Source: Alphaproteobacteria bacterium (lineage in GTDB: Bacteria > Pseudomonadota > Alphaproteobacteria > UBA6615). Taken from it: 64,000 nt of DNA. Positions 27,133 to 37,541 of the stretch are shown here, in pieces. The stretch covers positions 766-64,765 of the forward strand of contig PBWR01000011.1 in NCBI GenBank assembly GCA_002727315.1, read 5' to 3'. The notes below the pieces were generated by a model. It saw only the letters and a list, made by a program, of their open reading frames with translations. It did no database searches and had not been told where the DNA came from. Each line of letters opens with the position of its first letter. Position 1 is the first letter of the stretch. Made by a program: the position numbers and the translations under genes.

Positions 27133-29157
27133 ATGGTTGAAAATTCGAGTGAACTCGACGCGATCGTCGCGGATGCGCGCCAAAAACACCGCGACGGCGC
27201 GCTGGCCGATGCGGCTTCGTTGTACGACACGGTGCTGGCGGAAGACCCCGACCATGTCGAGGCGCTGCACCTGAAAGGGATATTGTCCGCCCAGAAGGGG
27301 AATGTCGCCGAAGGGCTCGAACTGCTCGAACGCGCGGTGTTGCAGGCGCCGACCGACGCACGTGTGCGCGCCAATTACGCCAAGCTTCGCCTGGATACTG
27401 GCGATATTGCCGGTGCCGTCGAACAGTATCAGGCGGCACTGACGCATGCACCGGACGATGCCAACCTGCTGTACAACACGGCCGGTGCCCTGGTTAGCGC
27501 TGCGCGGGTTGGGGACGCCATCGATCATCTTGAACGCGCCCGCACGATTTCGCCGGATCATGGCCGCGCGCTCGCCAACCTTGGAAACCTCTATCGGCAG
27601 GTGGGGCAACTGTCGGACTCCCGCGCCGTTCTGGAGCAGGCGGTCGCGGCAGCGCCCAATGAGGCCGAGGTGCAACACAGTCTCGGCGTCACGTTGGCGG
27701 CGCTGCTCGACTACAAGGCAGCGGCAGACCGGTTTAGGGAAGCGCTGGCCTGCGATCCTGGCTTTGTGCGCGCAGCGACACAGCTGTTCTACGTCAATCT
27801 CTATGCCTGCGACTGGGCGGACCGGGACAAGCTGATTTCCAATTTTGTCCGGCTGGTTGAAAACGGCGGTGAGCTGATCGCTGAACTTTCTCCGATGGTC
27901 TCGCTGTTCCTGCCGTTCGAACAGCCGGGGCTCAACGCCGTGGCCGCTGCACGGGCCGCCAGCTTGCGGCATCGCCAGCCCTCCATCCGTCCCGTCGTTG
28001 CCCCCGCGGCCCGCGATCGACTGCATGTCGGCTACCTGTCGCCAGATCTGGGGCGGCACCCGGTGGGGCACTTGCTCGCGGATATACTGCCGCGCCATGA
28101 CCGAGAACGGTTCGAGGTCTCGGCCTTTGCGTTGAAGCCGGCCGATGGCAGCGACGTTCAGAAAGCGATCTATGGGGGCATGGGACGGGTCGAGGATATA
28201 TCTCAGGCCACCATGGAGGATGCGGTGGGCCGCATCGTGGATGCAGGCGTCGATATCTTGGTCGATCTGAGTGGCTTCACCCGGGGTGGCAGACCGGAGA
28301 TTCTCGCCGCCCGGTCAGCACCTCTGCAGATCGGCTGGCTTGGATACTGTGGCTCATCGGGCGGATTGAACGATGTTCTGCTCGCCGACGAAACGCTGGT
28401 GCATGCGGGTGAGGTTTCGCGCTTTTCGGACGCGGTGGCCCATATGCCCGGCACGTTCATGCCGCTCAACCGGTTCGACACCGCCGACACCGATGCCGGC
28501 GCGCGCTCCGACCACGGTTTACCCGACGACGGGTTCGTGTACTGCGCCTTCAACACCCCCACGAAGATCGACCCTGTCACGTTCGGCGCCTGGATGGATA
28601 TTCTCGGGCGCGTCGATAACGCCGTTCTTTGGCTGCGCGATCATGCGGATGTGACGCGCCGAAACCTGACGGAAGCGGCGCGGCAGGCAGGCATCGATCC
28701 GGACCGGCTGGTATTCGCGCCCTTGCTCGATGAGATGTCCGCCCACCTGGCGCGCCACGCGCACGCCGATCTGTTCCTCGACAGTTTTGTCTACGGCGCC
28801 CATTCGACGGCGGCTGATGCCATTGCCCAAGGCTTGCCGGTGTTGACCCTTGCCGGAGATGCAATGCCTTCGCGCGTCGGCGCCAGCCTCTGCCGGGCTC
28901 ACCGGCTGGGTGATCTGGTTGCGGACAGCCCGGGTGCCTATGTGACAAAAGCCGTTTCGTTGGCCGAAGACGAAGCCGAACTCAAGGAAATGAAGAAGCG
29001 CGTCCGGCTGGCCGTGGAATCCGATGATTCCAGCGAACGGTTTGTTCGCAAGCTGGAGGGGGCTTATCAGCTTCTGTGGAACGTGGCCTGCGCCGGACAG
29101 CTTGAGCCGGGCGCGCTGGTGCGGATTGAGGCGGCACCAGCCGGTGGCGGAGCGTGA
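27133..29157 (+). CDS. TPR-repeat protein O-glycosyltransferase (GT41, OGT/SPINDLY-like)
   Basis: N-terminal TPRs (ALANLGNLY, VQHSLGVTL); GYLSPDLGRHPVGH, DILVDLSGFT, WLGY, FNTPTKI, ADLFLDSFVYGAHST, SRVGASL. Confidence 0.9.
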   Translation: MVENSSELDAIVADARQKHRDGALADAASLYDTVLAEDPDHVEALHLKGILSAQKGNVAEGLELLERAVLQAPTDARVRANYAKLRLDTGDIAGAVEQYQAALTHAPDDANLLYNTAGALVSAARVGDAIDHLERARTISPDHGRALANLGNLYRQVGQLSDSRAVLEQAVAAAPNEAEVQHSLGVTLAALLDYKAAADRFREALACDPGFVRAATQLFYVNLYACDWADRDKLISNFVRLVENGGELIAELSPMVSLFLPFEQPGLNAVAAARAASLRHRQPSIRPVVAPAARDRLHVGYLSPDLGRHPVGHLLADILPRHDRERFEVSAFALKPADGSDVQKAIYGGMGRVEDISQATMEDAVGRIVDAGVDILVDLSGFTRGGRPEILAARSAPLQIGWLGYCGSSGGLNDVLLADETLVHAGEVSRFSDAVAHMPGTFMPLNRFDTADTDAGARSDHGLPDDGFVYCAFNTPTKIDPVTFGAWMDILGRVDNAVLWLRDHADVTRRNLTEAARQAGIDPDRLVFAPLLDEMSAHLARHAHADLFLDSFVYGAHSTAADAIAQGLPVLTLAGDAMPSRVGASLCRAHRLGDLVADSPGAYVTKAVSLAEDEAELKEMKKRVRLAVESDDSSERFVRKLEGAYQLLWNVACAGQLEPGALVRIEAAPAGGGA

Positions 29158-29256
29158 GCAATCTTGTCCTGATTCTCGGACTGCTCTGCAACGCCGATCT
29201 CTGGGCGCACCAGGTCGAGCATCTGTCCGATCTTGCAGTCTGCACAGTCGCGGACA

Positions 29257-29820
29257 TCACCGGTGCGGGTTTTCGTCCGGGAACATAGCCAGAGTGAGCT
29301 GGATCATCAAGGCATCGAGTTTCTCCGACGCGGTCCCGTCTATGTCGCTTGCCCGTGCGATGGCATGTGACACTGAACTGTCCGACGAACAGAAGGCGCT
29401 CATCAACGGGACGGTGCCCGACGCGGGCGCGGCCAGTGCGATATCCTCGCCGGCGGTACAGAGTTTCGCGGGATCGCGGATCGCCTCGGGAGTGAAGGTG
29501 ACGACCACGCGAAAACGAGCGGCTTGGGTCCGGGTTTTGGGGTTGGCCGCGAAATTGATGGGTATGCCCGACGTGCTGCCCTGCATGCTGTCGATGACTG
29601 CCGCTTCCAGAGTCGCGTGCGGTGCATCGAACGGGTTGCCGAGAACGGTCACCTTCATCTGATGATCGCCACCGCCCGCAGCCCTTGCTTCGGCAGGCTC
29701 ATACTGGGTTGCGTAGTCGACCCGGGTGACGACGATACCCAGTTGCGCGCAGGCCGTGAGTGCGACGAGCCCGCCGATGGCGAGGGTCGAGCGTAGCGGA
29801 AAACCGGAGTTCCTGTGCAT
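29257..29820 (-). CDS. Hypothetical lipoprotein
   Basis: Lipobox-like LTAC after a hydrophobic stretch; two further Cys residues. Confidence 0.7.
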   Translation of the reverse strand: MHRNSGFPLRSTLAIGGLVALTACAQLGIVVTRVDYATQYEPAEARAAGGGDHQMKVTVLGNPFDAPHATLEAAVIDSMQGSTSGIPINFAANPKTRTQAARFRVVVTFTPEAIRDPAKLCTAGEDIALAAPASGTVPLMSAFCSSDSSVSHAIARASDIDGTASEKLDALMIQLTLAMFPDENPHR

Positions 29821-29963
29821 TTTGAAGTCCCGAGTGGATGTTGGGCCAATTCAGGTCGCAAAATGCCGGGCAAGCGGCGGTCCCGGCAGATACCGGTTCC
29901 ATAAAGATAGTGTGTGGTCGGGTTTCGGCCAAATCCTGGCCGGGCAACTCTTCGTGATCGGCT

Positions 29964-31982
29964 CTAAATATCGATCTCGTCGACGAACTTGGCGTTGTCC
30001 TGGATGAAGCGGAACCGCAACTCCGCCTTCCGGCCCATCAGTTGCTCGACCAGCTGGGCCGTGGCCTTGGCCTCGCGCGCGTGCGCCTTGTCCGTATCGG
30101 TCGCACTGGGCAGTGCGACCTGGATCAGCTGCCGTTTCTCCGGATCCATTGTCGTTTCGCGCAGCTGGGCAGGTGGCATCTCGCCCAGGCCCTTGAAGCG
30201 GCTGATCTCGACCTTGCCGGACCCCGAGAAATGCTCGTCCATCAGGCGTTCCCGGTCGGCGTCGTCCAGCGCGTAGACCACATCGCCACCACGCGCCAGG
30301 CGATACAGCGGCGGGACGGCGAGGAACAGGTGCTCCTGGGTCACCAGCTCCGGCATCTCGCGATAGAAAAAGGTCATCAGCAGCGAGGCGATATGCGCCC
30401 CGTCAACATCGGCGTCAGTCATGATGACCACGCGTTCGTAGCGCAGCTTGTCGAGGTCGAAGGTCTTGCCCGATCCGCATCCCAGCGCCTGGATCAGGTC
30501 GCTCAGTTCCTGGTTCCCGCGCAGCTTGTCCGCCGAGGCGCTGGCCACGTTCAGGATCTTGCCGCGCAATGGCAGGATCGCCTGGGTTTCGCGGTGGCGT
30601 GCCTGCTTGGCAGAGCCGCCGGCGCTGTCGCCCTCGACGAGGAAGATTTCCGTCCCCTCGGCGCTGCCGCGCGTGCAGTCGGCGAGTTTTCCGGGCAGGC
30701 GTGACTTGCGGCCGGCGGTCTTGCGCTTGAAGGCTCGGTCCTCGCGTCGCCGTTTGCGTTCTTCCGCCCGTTCAATGGCCCATTCCAGCAGGGAATCCGC
30801 GTTCTGGCGGTCATTCGACAGATGGTGGTCGAAATGGTCCTTGATCTGGGCCTCGACAAAGCGGGCCGCGTCGGGCATCGAAAGTTTTTCCTTCGTCTGC
30901 CCCTGGAACTGGGGTTCCGAGATGAACAGGGACAGGACAATGGCCGCGCCGTCGGCGATGTCGTCGGCCGTCAGCTGTGTCGCCTTGCGGTTGTTGGTCA
31001 GCTCGCCATAACCCTTCAGGCCGCGGGTCAGTGCGCCGCGAATGCCGGCCACATGGCTGCCGCCTTCCGGCGTCGGCACGGTGTTGCAGTAGGAACTGAC
31101 GAAGCCTTCACCGTCTGCCGGCCAGCACACCGCCCATTCGACCCGGCCCTTGCTGCCGTTCAGGTCGGCGCGTCCCGCGAAAATGTCAGCGCCCACAAGC
31201 GGCCGTTCGCCGACGGTCGAGCGCAGATAGTCGAGGATGCCGTCGGCGAACTGGAAGGCCTCGCTGTCGGGAAGCTCGGCGGCAGCCGCGATCTTGCTGT
31301 CGCACGACCAGCGAATCTCCACGCCAGGGAACAGGTAGGCCTTGGATTTGGCCATGTCGTACAGACGTTCCGCCCGGAATACCGCTTTCTCACCGAAGAT
31401 GTCCGGGTCGGGCAGGAACGAGATCGTGGTGCCGCGCCGGTTCTGCACGGCCTTGAGTTTCTTCAGTTTGCCCTTCGACTTGCCGCGCGCGTAATCCTGC
31501 GCCCACAGCTGTTTGTCGCGTGCGACCTCAACGCGTAGGTTGGCCGCCAATGCGTTGACGACACTTAGTCCCACACCGTGCAGGCCGCCGGACGTCTGGT
31601 ACACCTTGCCGTCGAATTTGCCGCCCGAATGGAGCGTCGTCAGGATCACTTCCAGTGCCGACTTGCTCTTGAACTTCGGATGCGGATCGACCGGAATTCC
31701 CCGACCATTGTCCGAAATCGAGAGCACGCCGTCGCCGTCGAGATCCATCTCGATCCTGTCGGCATGCCCGGCGACGGCTTCGTCCATCGCATTGTCGAGT
31801 ATCTCGGCCGCCAGGTGGTGTAGTGCGCGTTCGTCGGTGCCGCCGATATACATTCCCGGGCGCCGCCGGACCGGCTCCAGGCCCTCGAGAACCTCGATAT
31901 CCTGTGCGGTGTAGTCGCCGCCCGCGCCTGCTGCGTCGTCAAACAGGCCGGGATCTTCGACTTTTCGTTTTGCTCGCGCCAC
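29964..31982 (-). CDS. parE: DNA topoisomerase IV subunit B
   Basis: IEVLEGLEPVRRRPGMY, DNAMDEA, SGGLHGVG, EGDSAGGSAKQ, PLRGKILNV, MTDADVDGAHI, RFKGLGEMPPAQL; ~670 aa, lacking the GyrB insertion; GTG start 31982. Confidence 0.93.
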   Translation of the reverse strand: MARAKRKVEDPGLFDDAAGAGGDYTAQDIEVLEGLEPVRRRPGMYIGGTDERALHHLAAEILDNAMDEAVAGHADRIEMDLDGDGVLSISDNGRGIPVDPHPKFKSKSALEVILTTLHSGGKFDGKVYQTSGGLHGVGLSVVNALAANLRVEVARDKQLWAQDYARGKSKGKLKKLKAVQNRRGTTISFLPDPDIFGEKAVFRAERLYDMAKSKAYLFPGVEIRWSCDSKIAAAAELPDSEAFQFADGILDYLRSTVGERPLVGADIFAGRADLNGSKGRVEWAVCWPADGEGFVSSYCNTVPTPEGGSHVAGIRGALTRGLKGYGELTNNRKATQLTADDIADGAAIVLSLFISEPQFQGQTKEKLSMPDAARFVEAQIKDHFDHHLSNDRQNADSLLEWAIERAEERKRRREDRAFKRKTAGRKSRLPGKLADCTRGSAEGTEIFLVEGDSAGGSAKQARHRETQAILPLRGKILNVASASADKLRGNQELSDLIQALGCGSGKTFDLDKLRYERVVIMTDADVDGAHIASLLMTFFYREMPELVTQEHLFLAVPPLYRLARGGDVVYALDDADRERLMDEHFSGSGKVEISRFKGLGEMPPAQLRETTMDPEKRQLIQVALPSATDTDKAHAREAKATAQLVEQLMGRKAELRFRFIQDNAKFVDEIDI

Positions 31983-32109
31983 GCTGGCCTCGCCAGAAAA
32001 TAGACCTAACTTCGACCACACCATCACGGCCTGAACCGTCGCGCACCGGCGGGTTCCACTCTGGTGATGATCGTGCTCAATATGTGTGATTCGCGCATGA
32101 GGTGACACT

Positions 32110-32511
32110 ATGAACGGAGACACGGAATCGCCGCACGGCGAATTGTTTATCCAGACCGCTGCCATGCCGGCCGACACCAACGCCAATGGCGACATTTTCG
32201 GCGGCTGGCTGTTGTCCCAGATGGATATCGCCGGCGGTATTGCCGCACGCAACTATTCGGCCGGTCGGACGGTCACCATCGCGATCGAATCCATGACGTT
32301 CCGGAAGCCGGTCAAGGTCGGCGATGTCGTATCGTGCTACGCCGCGCTGGAGCGGGTCGGGAACACCTCGATGACCTGGCGGATCGAGGCCTGGTCCCTG
32401 CGCAGCGCCAGTTTCGTGCGCGAAAAAGTGACCGAAGGGGTGTTCACCTATGTGGCAATAGGAGCGGACGGGAAACCGCGACAGATTTCGCAGGAGACGC
32501 AGGATAAATGA
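32110..32511 (+). CDS. yciA: Acyl-CoA thioesterase (hotdog fold, YciA-like)
   Basis: AMPADTNANGDIFGGWLLSQMDIAG, FRKPVKVGD, VGNTSM, FTYVAI. Confidence 0.92.
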   Translation: MNGDTESPHGELFIQTAAMPADTNANGDIFGGWLLSQMDIAGGIAARNYSAGRTVTIAIESMTFRKPVKVGDVVSCYAALERVGNTSMTWRIEAWSLRSASFVREKVTEGVFTYVAIGADGKPRQISQETQDK

Positions 32512-32849
32512 AACGCGCATTTGCGATCATGGCCGTCGGTATGGGGCTGTTGGCGGCCCCGGCGGCAGGGCAGGCGGGGGAGGCGGATGTGACCGCCGTC
32601 GCCGTTCGGACCGGCAGCACCTACACGTTCAATGTCACGGTGCGCCACGCCGACGAGGGCTGGGACCACTACGCCAACTCGGACAAGGCGTGGTTCACCG
32701 ACCTCGACAACGTGGAGTGGGAGACCTTCTTCACCTTCGGTGCGTCGGACGCCTATCACGGCGATGACGATTCCGAGCGTGATTTGCGCATGTCGATCAT
32801 CACCCACAAGGATGCCGCCGTCTGCTGCGACGGCGGCTGGCGCGTCTGA
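32508..32849 (+). pseudogene. Chimeric ORF: N-terminus of a secreted protein fused in frame to the C-terminus of an ArsI/CadI-like VOC protein
   Basis: Signal peptide + GEADV...FNVTVRHADEGWDHYA, then SDKAWFTDLDNVEWETFFTFG...AVCC; junction ~32670-32678. Confidence 0.55.
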
Positions 32850-32860
32850 CCAACAGACAG

Positions 32861-32896
32861 AAAAAAGGCCCCGCCGGCTGGCGGGGCCTTCTTCAT
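32861..32896. terminator. Intrinsic terminator of glnA, probably bidirectional
   Basis: Stem AAGGCCCCGCC/GGCGGGGCCTT with an A6 tract on the left (U-tract for the minus strand) and CTTCATT on the right. Confidence 0.85.
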
Positions 32897-32914
32897 TGGA
32901 AGGGTCCAGGTGGA

Positions 32915-34324
32915 CTAGGACGAGAAGTACATCTGGAACTCGATCGGATGCGGCGCCTCGAGAAACGCCGTGACCTCTTCCTGCTTCAGCTCGATATAGG
33001 CATCGATCTGATCGTCGGAGAAGACATCACCTTTCTTCAGGAAATCCCGGTCCGCATCGAGAGCAGCGATCGCCTCACCCAGGGATTCCGACACGGTCGG
33101 CACGCCCTCCAGCTCCTCGGCGGGCAGATCGTACAGGTCCTTGTCCATCGGGTCGCCCGGGTGGATCTTGTTCTCGATACCGTCGAGGCCGGCCATCAGC
33201 ATGGCCGAGAACGCCAGATAGGGGTTCGCGGTGGCATCAGGGAAACGCACCTCGACACGCTTGGCCTTCGGGTTGGTGGCAAACGGGATGCGGCAGGAGG
33301 CCGAGCGGTTGCGCGAGGAATAGGCGAGCAGCACGGGTGCTTCGAAGCCCGGGACGAGGCGCTTATAGCTGTTCGTCGTCGGGTTCGAGAAGGCGTTGAT
33401 GGCCTTCGCATGCTTGATGATGCCGCCGATATAGTAGAGGCAGGTGTCCGACAGGTCGGCATAGCCCGAGCCGGCGAACAGCGGCTTGCTGTCCTTCCAG
33501 ATCGACTGATGCACATGCATGCCCGAGCCGTTGTCGCCTGCGATGGGCTTCGGCATGAAGGTTGCCGTCTTGCCGTATTGGGCGGCGACGTTGTGCACGA
33601 CATACTTGTAGATCTGCATCTGGTCGGCGGTCGCCAGCAGCGTGTCAAACTTTTGACCCAGCTCGTTCTGGCTCGGCGCCACCTCGTGATGGTGCTTCTC
33701 CATATCTATGCCCATCTGGATCGCGGTGGTTACCATCTCGGCGCGTAGGTCGGTCATGGAGTCGACCGGCGGGACGGGGAAGTAGCCACCTTTGATACCC
33801 GGGCGATGGCCAAAGTTGCCTTCCGGAAAATCGGTGCCAGAATTGTAAGGGCCCTCGTCGCTGTCCACTTCGTAGAAGCTGCGCGACATGGAGACTTCGT
33901 AACGCACATCGTCGAACACGAAGAACTCGGCCTCCGGCCCGAAGAATGCGGTGTCGCCGACGCCACTGGACTCCATATAGGCCAGCGCCAGTCGGGCCGT
34001 GCTGCGCGGGTCGCGTGCGTAGGGCTCACCGGTCGACGGCTCGAGGACGTCGCAGAACAGGATCAGCTGGGGCTGTGCCGTGAACGGGTCCATCACGGCC
34101 GTGCTCAGGTCCGGCATGAGGGTCATGTCGGATTCGTTGATGGCCTTCCAGCCGGCGATCGACGATCCGTCGAACATGATGCCGTCGGTCAGCAGGTCCT
34201 CATCGACGGTCGATACATGCTGCGCGGTGTGCTGCCACTTGCCGCGCGGGTCCGTGAACCGGAAGTCCACAAACTCGACGTCGTTCTCTTTGATCATGTC
34301 TAGGACTGTTTTTGTGTCCGACAT
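32915..34324 (-). CDS. glnA: Glutamine synthetase type I
   Basis: [54 protein letters not shown] (adenylylation Tyr). Confidence 0.98.
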   Translation of the reverse strand: MSDTKTVLDMIKENDVEFVDFRFTDPRGKWQHTAQHVSTVDEDLLTDGIMFDGSSIAGWKAINESDMTLMPDLSTAVMDPFTAQPQLILFCDVLEPSTGEPYARDPRSTARLALAYMESSGVGDTAFFGPEAEFFVFDDVRYEVSMSRSFYEVDSDEGPYNSGTDFPEGNFGHRPGIKGGYFPVPPVDSMTDLRAEMVTTAIQMGIDMEKHHHEVAPSQNELGQKFDTLLATADQMQIYKYVVHNVAAQYGKTATFMPKPIAGDNGSGMHVHQSIWKDSKPLFAGSGYADLSDTCLYYIGGIIKHAKAINAFSNPTTNSYKRLVPGFEAPVLLAYSSRNRSASCRIPFATNPKAKRVEVRFPDATANPYLAFSAMLMAGLDGIENKIHPGDPMDKDLYDLPAEELEGVPTVSESLGEAIAALDADRDFLKKGDVFSDDQIDAYIELKQEEVTAFLEAPHPIEFQMYFSS

Positions 34325-34393
34325 TTCTAGGCTCTCCTGTTCGTTCGGAAAAATTCTTTGCTTGGTTGCTGGTGGTGTTCGATTTCCGGGCCG

Positions 34394-34735
<342 letters not shown>

Positions 34736-34805
34736 TCACTGTCCTGCCTTCACCGCGTTGTTCATTCTACGCGCAGGCGACGGGCTGCGCCTACGCACTG
34801 GGCAT

Positions 34806-34822
34806 AGCATAACGCGTGCCAG
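34806..34822 (-). promoter_or_regulatory. Sigma54 (-24/-12) promoter of glnB-glnA
   Basis: The minus strand reads CTGGCACGCGTTATGCT, an exact GG-N10-GC with the TGGCAC core. Confidence 0.85.
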
Positions 34823-34894
34823 ATGAGGGGCCCGCGCAATCCCCCGGATTTAGGGGAGTTTTCGTCGTGATACCAGCATTGATCCGGCGCAAAA

Positions 34895-34931
34895 TGCACA
34901 ATAATTAGGCACGACGCTCAATAAGTAGGCG
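34895..34931. promoter_or_regulatory. Tandem NtrC binding sites
   Basis: TGCACAATAATTAGGCA (34895-34911) and CGCTCAATAAGTAGGCG (34915-34931) resemble TGCACCA-N3-TGGTGCA and lie ~75-110 bp upstream of the sigma54 promoter. Confidence 0.7.
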
Positions 34932-34932
34932 C

Positions 34933-36111
34933 CTAATTGTATATCTCGCGCACACGCCCCATTGCGGCCTGAATGTTCTCCACAGAATTCGCATAGGAGA
35001 ACCGAACATAATTCTCTCCCAGATGTCCGAAACTGGTGCCCGCGACGGTTGCAACATGGGCCTCCGTCAGCAGTCGGTCCTGCACCTCCCGGGCGGATGC
35101 TCCGGTCCCGGATATGTTGGGAAATGCATAGAAGGCGCCGACCGGCGTGCGGCAGGAGAAGCCGCCGATGCCGTTCAACTCGTCGACGATCACCTTGCGG
35201 CGCTGGTCGAAGGCACGAACCATTTCGTGGACGGAATCCTGGGGCCCTTCGAGGGCCGCGATGCCGGCGAACTGGGTGCCGGCATTCACGCAGGAATGGC
35301 AATTGATGGCCAGGCGTGTCGCGGATTCGACGAGGCTGTCGGGCCAGAGCGCATAGCCCAGCCGCCACCCGGTCATCGCATAGGTCTTGGACCAGCCGTC
35401 GAGCAGGATCAGCCGGTCGCGCAGATGCTCGTAGGAAAGCAGGCTGACATGCTCGTGGCCGTCATAGGTCATCTGGCCATAAATCTCGTCCGACAGGATG
35501 GCGACATGGGGGTGCGCCTCGAGCCCGGCGGCCAGCTTGTCCATCTCCGCGCGCGGGACGGCGCCGCCGGTGGGATTGGCCGGCGTGTTGATGATGATCA
35601 GGCGCGTCGCGGGTGTGATCAGGGACAGGACTTCCTCGGCGTCGAACGAGAAGTCTTTTTCTTCCAGCAGCGGGATCGGCACGGCTGTCGCACCGGAATA
35701 GTTGATCGCGGATTCGTAAATCGGGAAACCTGGGTTCGGGTACATGATTTCCGCGCCGGCCTCGCCGAACATCATGATGGCGAAGAACATGGTGACCTTG
35801 CCGCCGGGCACACACACGATGTTGCCAGGATCGACCTCCACCGCGCGCAGGCGATGAATGTCCGCCGCCACGGCCTCGCGCAGCGCCACGATGCCCGGCG
35901 CCGGTGTATACCCATGATGGCCGTCGCGCAGGGCCTTCACCGCGGCTTCGACGATGTGCTCGGGTGTTTGAAAATCGGGCTGCCCGATGCCGAGATTGAT
36001 CACATCGTGTCCCTCGGCTTTGAGGGCTTCGGCGCGGGCCAGAACCTCGAATGCGGATTCGGTGCCGAGGCGCGAGAGGTTCTCGGCCATGTGCAATTGT
36101 GCGCTGGTCAT
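34933..36111 (-). CDS. PLP-dependent aminotransferase class I/II (aspartate aminotransferase-like)
   Basis: INLGIGQPDF, GGK, PANPTGG, SDEIY, DGWSKTYAMTGWRLGY, GAFY, VRFSYA. Confidence 0.94.
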   Translation of the reverse strand: MTSAQLHMAENLSRLGTESAFEVLARAEALKAEGHDVINLGIGQPDFQTPEHIVEAAVKALRDGHHGYTPAPGIVALREAVAADIHRLRAVEVDPGNIVCVPGGKVTMFFAIMMFGEAGAEIMYPNPGFPIYESAINYSGATAVPIPLLEEKDFSFDAEEVLSLITPATRLIIINTPANPTGGAVPRAEMDKLAAGLEAHPHVAILSDEIYGQMTYDGHEHVSLLSYEHLRDRLILLDGWSKTYAMTGWRLGYALWPDSLVESATRLAINCHSCVNAGTQFAGIAALEGPQDSVHEMVRAFDQRRKVIVDELNGIGGFSCRTPVGAFYAFPNISGTGASAREVQDRLLTEAHVATVAGTSFGHLGENYVRFSYANSVENIQAAMGRVREIYN

Positions 36112-36289
36112 GTGCGTCGTCTCTGATGTCCCCACGAAAGAGCGCACTATAGGCGGTCGGAGAACGGCTGAGCAAAACCTTTGGGGCGTACAGCCCGCAG
36201 GCCCGATGCTGTTTGGTCGCGGCTGTACCCCGGCCCGCGAACCGGCAACAATATGTCTGCAATGCGTAGACACACAGAAGGGTGCGGCC

Positions 36290-37360
36290 ATGTCCGATGA
36301 TCAGTCCCGTCCGCTTGATGATGAGGAAGTACTCCGATACTGGATCCCGCGGCTGGTCGCCGATGGCGGCGACCCGAACGATGCGCTCGCGGTGCGCAAT
36401 CGTGCGGCGACCTGGGATGCATGGCCGGATGCCTGGGCCGAGCTCGGTGACGGCTATATCGCGATGGGGCAGGATCGCCTGGCGCTCGGTCACCAGGCAA
36501 GCGCGGCCGCCGCCTATGTGCGGGCTGCCATTTGCTATCACTTCGCCCAGGTGGTCGCGTTTCACCTGCCGGAGTTAAAGACCGAGCTGCAAGGCCGCAA
36601 GGTTGCGGCCTTTCGGGAGGCGGCTCCATTGATGTCGCCGCCGGCAGAACGCCTCGACATTCCCTTCGGCGATGCGAACCTGCCCGGATATCTTCGCCTG
36701 CCGGCGGGAAGGGACGGACCGGTTCCCTGCATCCTTCTGGTGCCGGGGCTGGATTCCACGAAAGAGGACTTCGCCACCATTATGGAGATGGCGGTGCAGC
36801 GGGGGCTTGCGGCGTTTGCGTTCGATGGTCCGGGTCAGGGCGAGGTGCATCCGCGAATTCTGCTCGGCCAGAATTACGAGGCATGCATTGTCGCAGCTCA
36901 TGAGGCCATGGCCGCGCGGCCGGAAATCGATGCCGAACGGATCGGTACGCTCGGGCGCAGCCTTGGCGGAATCTATGTGGTCAAGGCGGCGGCGGTCGAA
37001 CCACGTATTAAGGCGACCGTCGTCTTTGGTGGCGCGTGGGACCTCGGCGACTGGCCGGCGATGCCGCCGCTGATCCGCGACGGGTTCGTCTATGCCACGG
37101 GTGCCGATGACGAAGACGATGCCCTGGCGCGCTTGTCCGATGTCACGCTCGACGGATGCATATCCGCGGTTACTTCGCCGGTGCTGGTCGTGCATGGGCG
37201 GAACGATGCCATCTTCAAGGCCCACCAGGCCGAGCGGATCGCCGCGGCCTTGCCGGGCAACGCGACTTTGTGGATGGATGAAGACGGGGTTCACTGCTGT
37301 CACAACCATGCATTCGAGTACCGGACCGGCATGGTGGACTGGCTCGACCGTACATTGTGA
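36290..37360 (+). CDS. Alpha/beta hydrolase of the 2,6-dihydroxypseudooxynicotine hydrolase family
   Basis: PRLVADG, YHFAQ, ERLDIPF, GLDSTKE, DGPGQGE, GRSLGG, HGRND, GVHCCHN. Confidence 0.88.
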   Translation: MSDDQSRPLDDEEVLRYWIPRLVADGGDPNDALAVRNRAATWDAWPDAWAELGDGYIAMGQDRLALGHQASAAAAYVRAAICYHFAQVVAFHLPELKTELQGRKVAAFREAAPLMSPPAERLDIPFGDANLPGYLRLPAGRDGPVPCILLVPGLDSTKEDFATIMEMAVQRGLAAFAFDGPGQGEVHPRILLGQNYEACIVAAHEAMAARPEIDAERIGTLGRSLGGIYVVKAAAVEPRIKATVVFGGAWDLGDWPAMPPLIRDGFVYATGADDEDDALARLSDVTLDGCISAVTSPVLVVHGRNDAIFKAHQAERIAAALPGNATLWMDEDGVHCCHNHAFEYRTGMVDWLDRTL

Positions 37361-37499
37361 GGGTCGTTAACGGCCCCTCAGGGCGCCTGCGGGCAGTACC
37401 AACATCGATGCGTTGGTTGCGACCGTTTCGAAGGCGGGTACACCGAAGAAGAAACAGCGGCGCAAGGCTGCGACCTGAACGAAACTTGTTCGCGTCCGC

Positions 37500-37528
37500 T
37501 TGACGCCATCGGGTCCTATGATTACACA
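37500..37528 (+). promoter_or_regulatory. Sigma70-type promoter of tRNA-His copy 1
   Basis: TTGACG-N17-TACACA immediately upstream of the tRNA. Confidence 0.55.
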
Positions 37529-37541
37529 AACGCCGGTTTGT

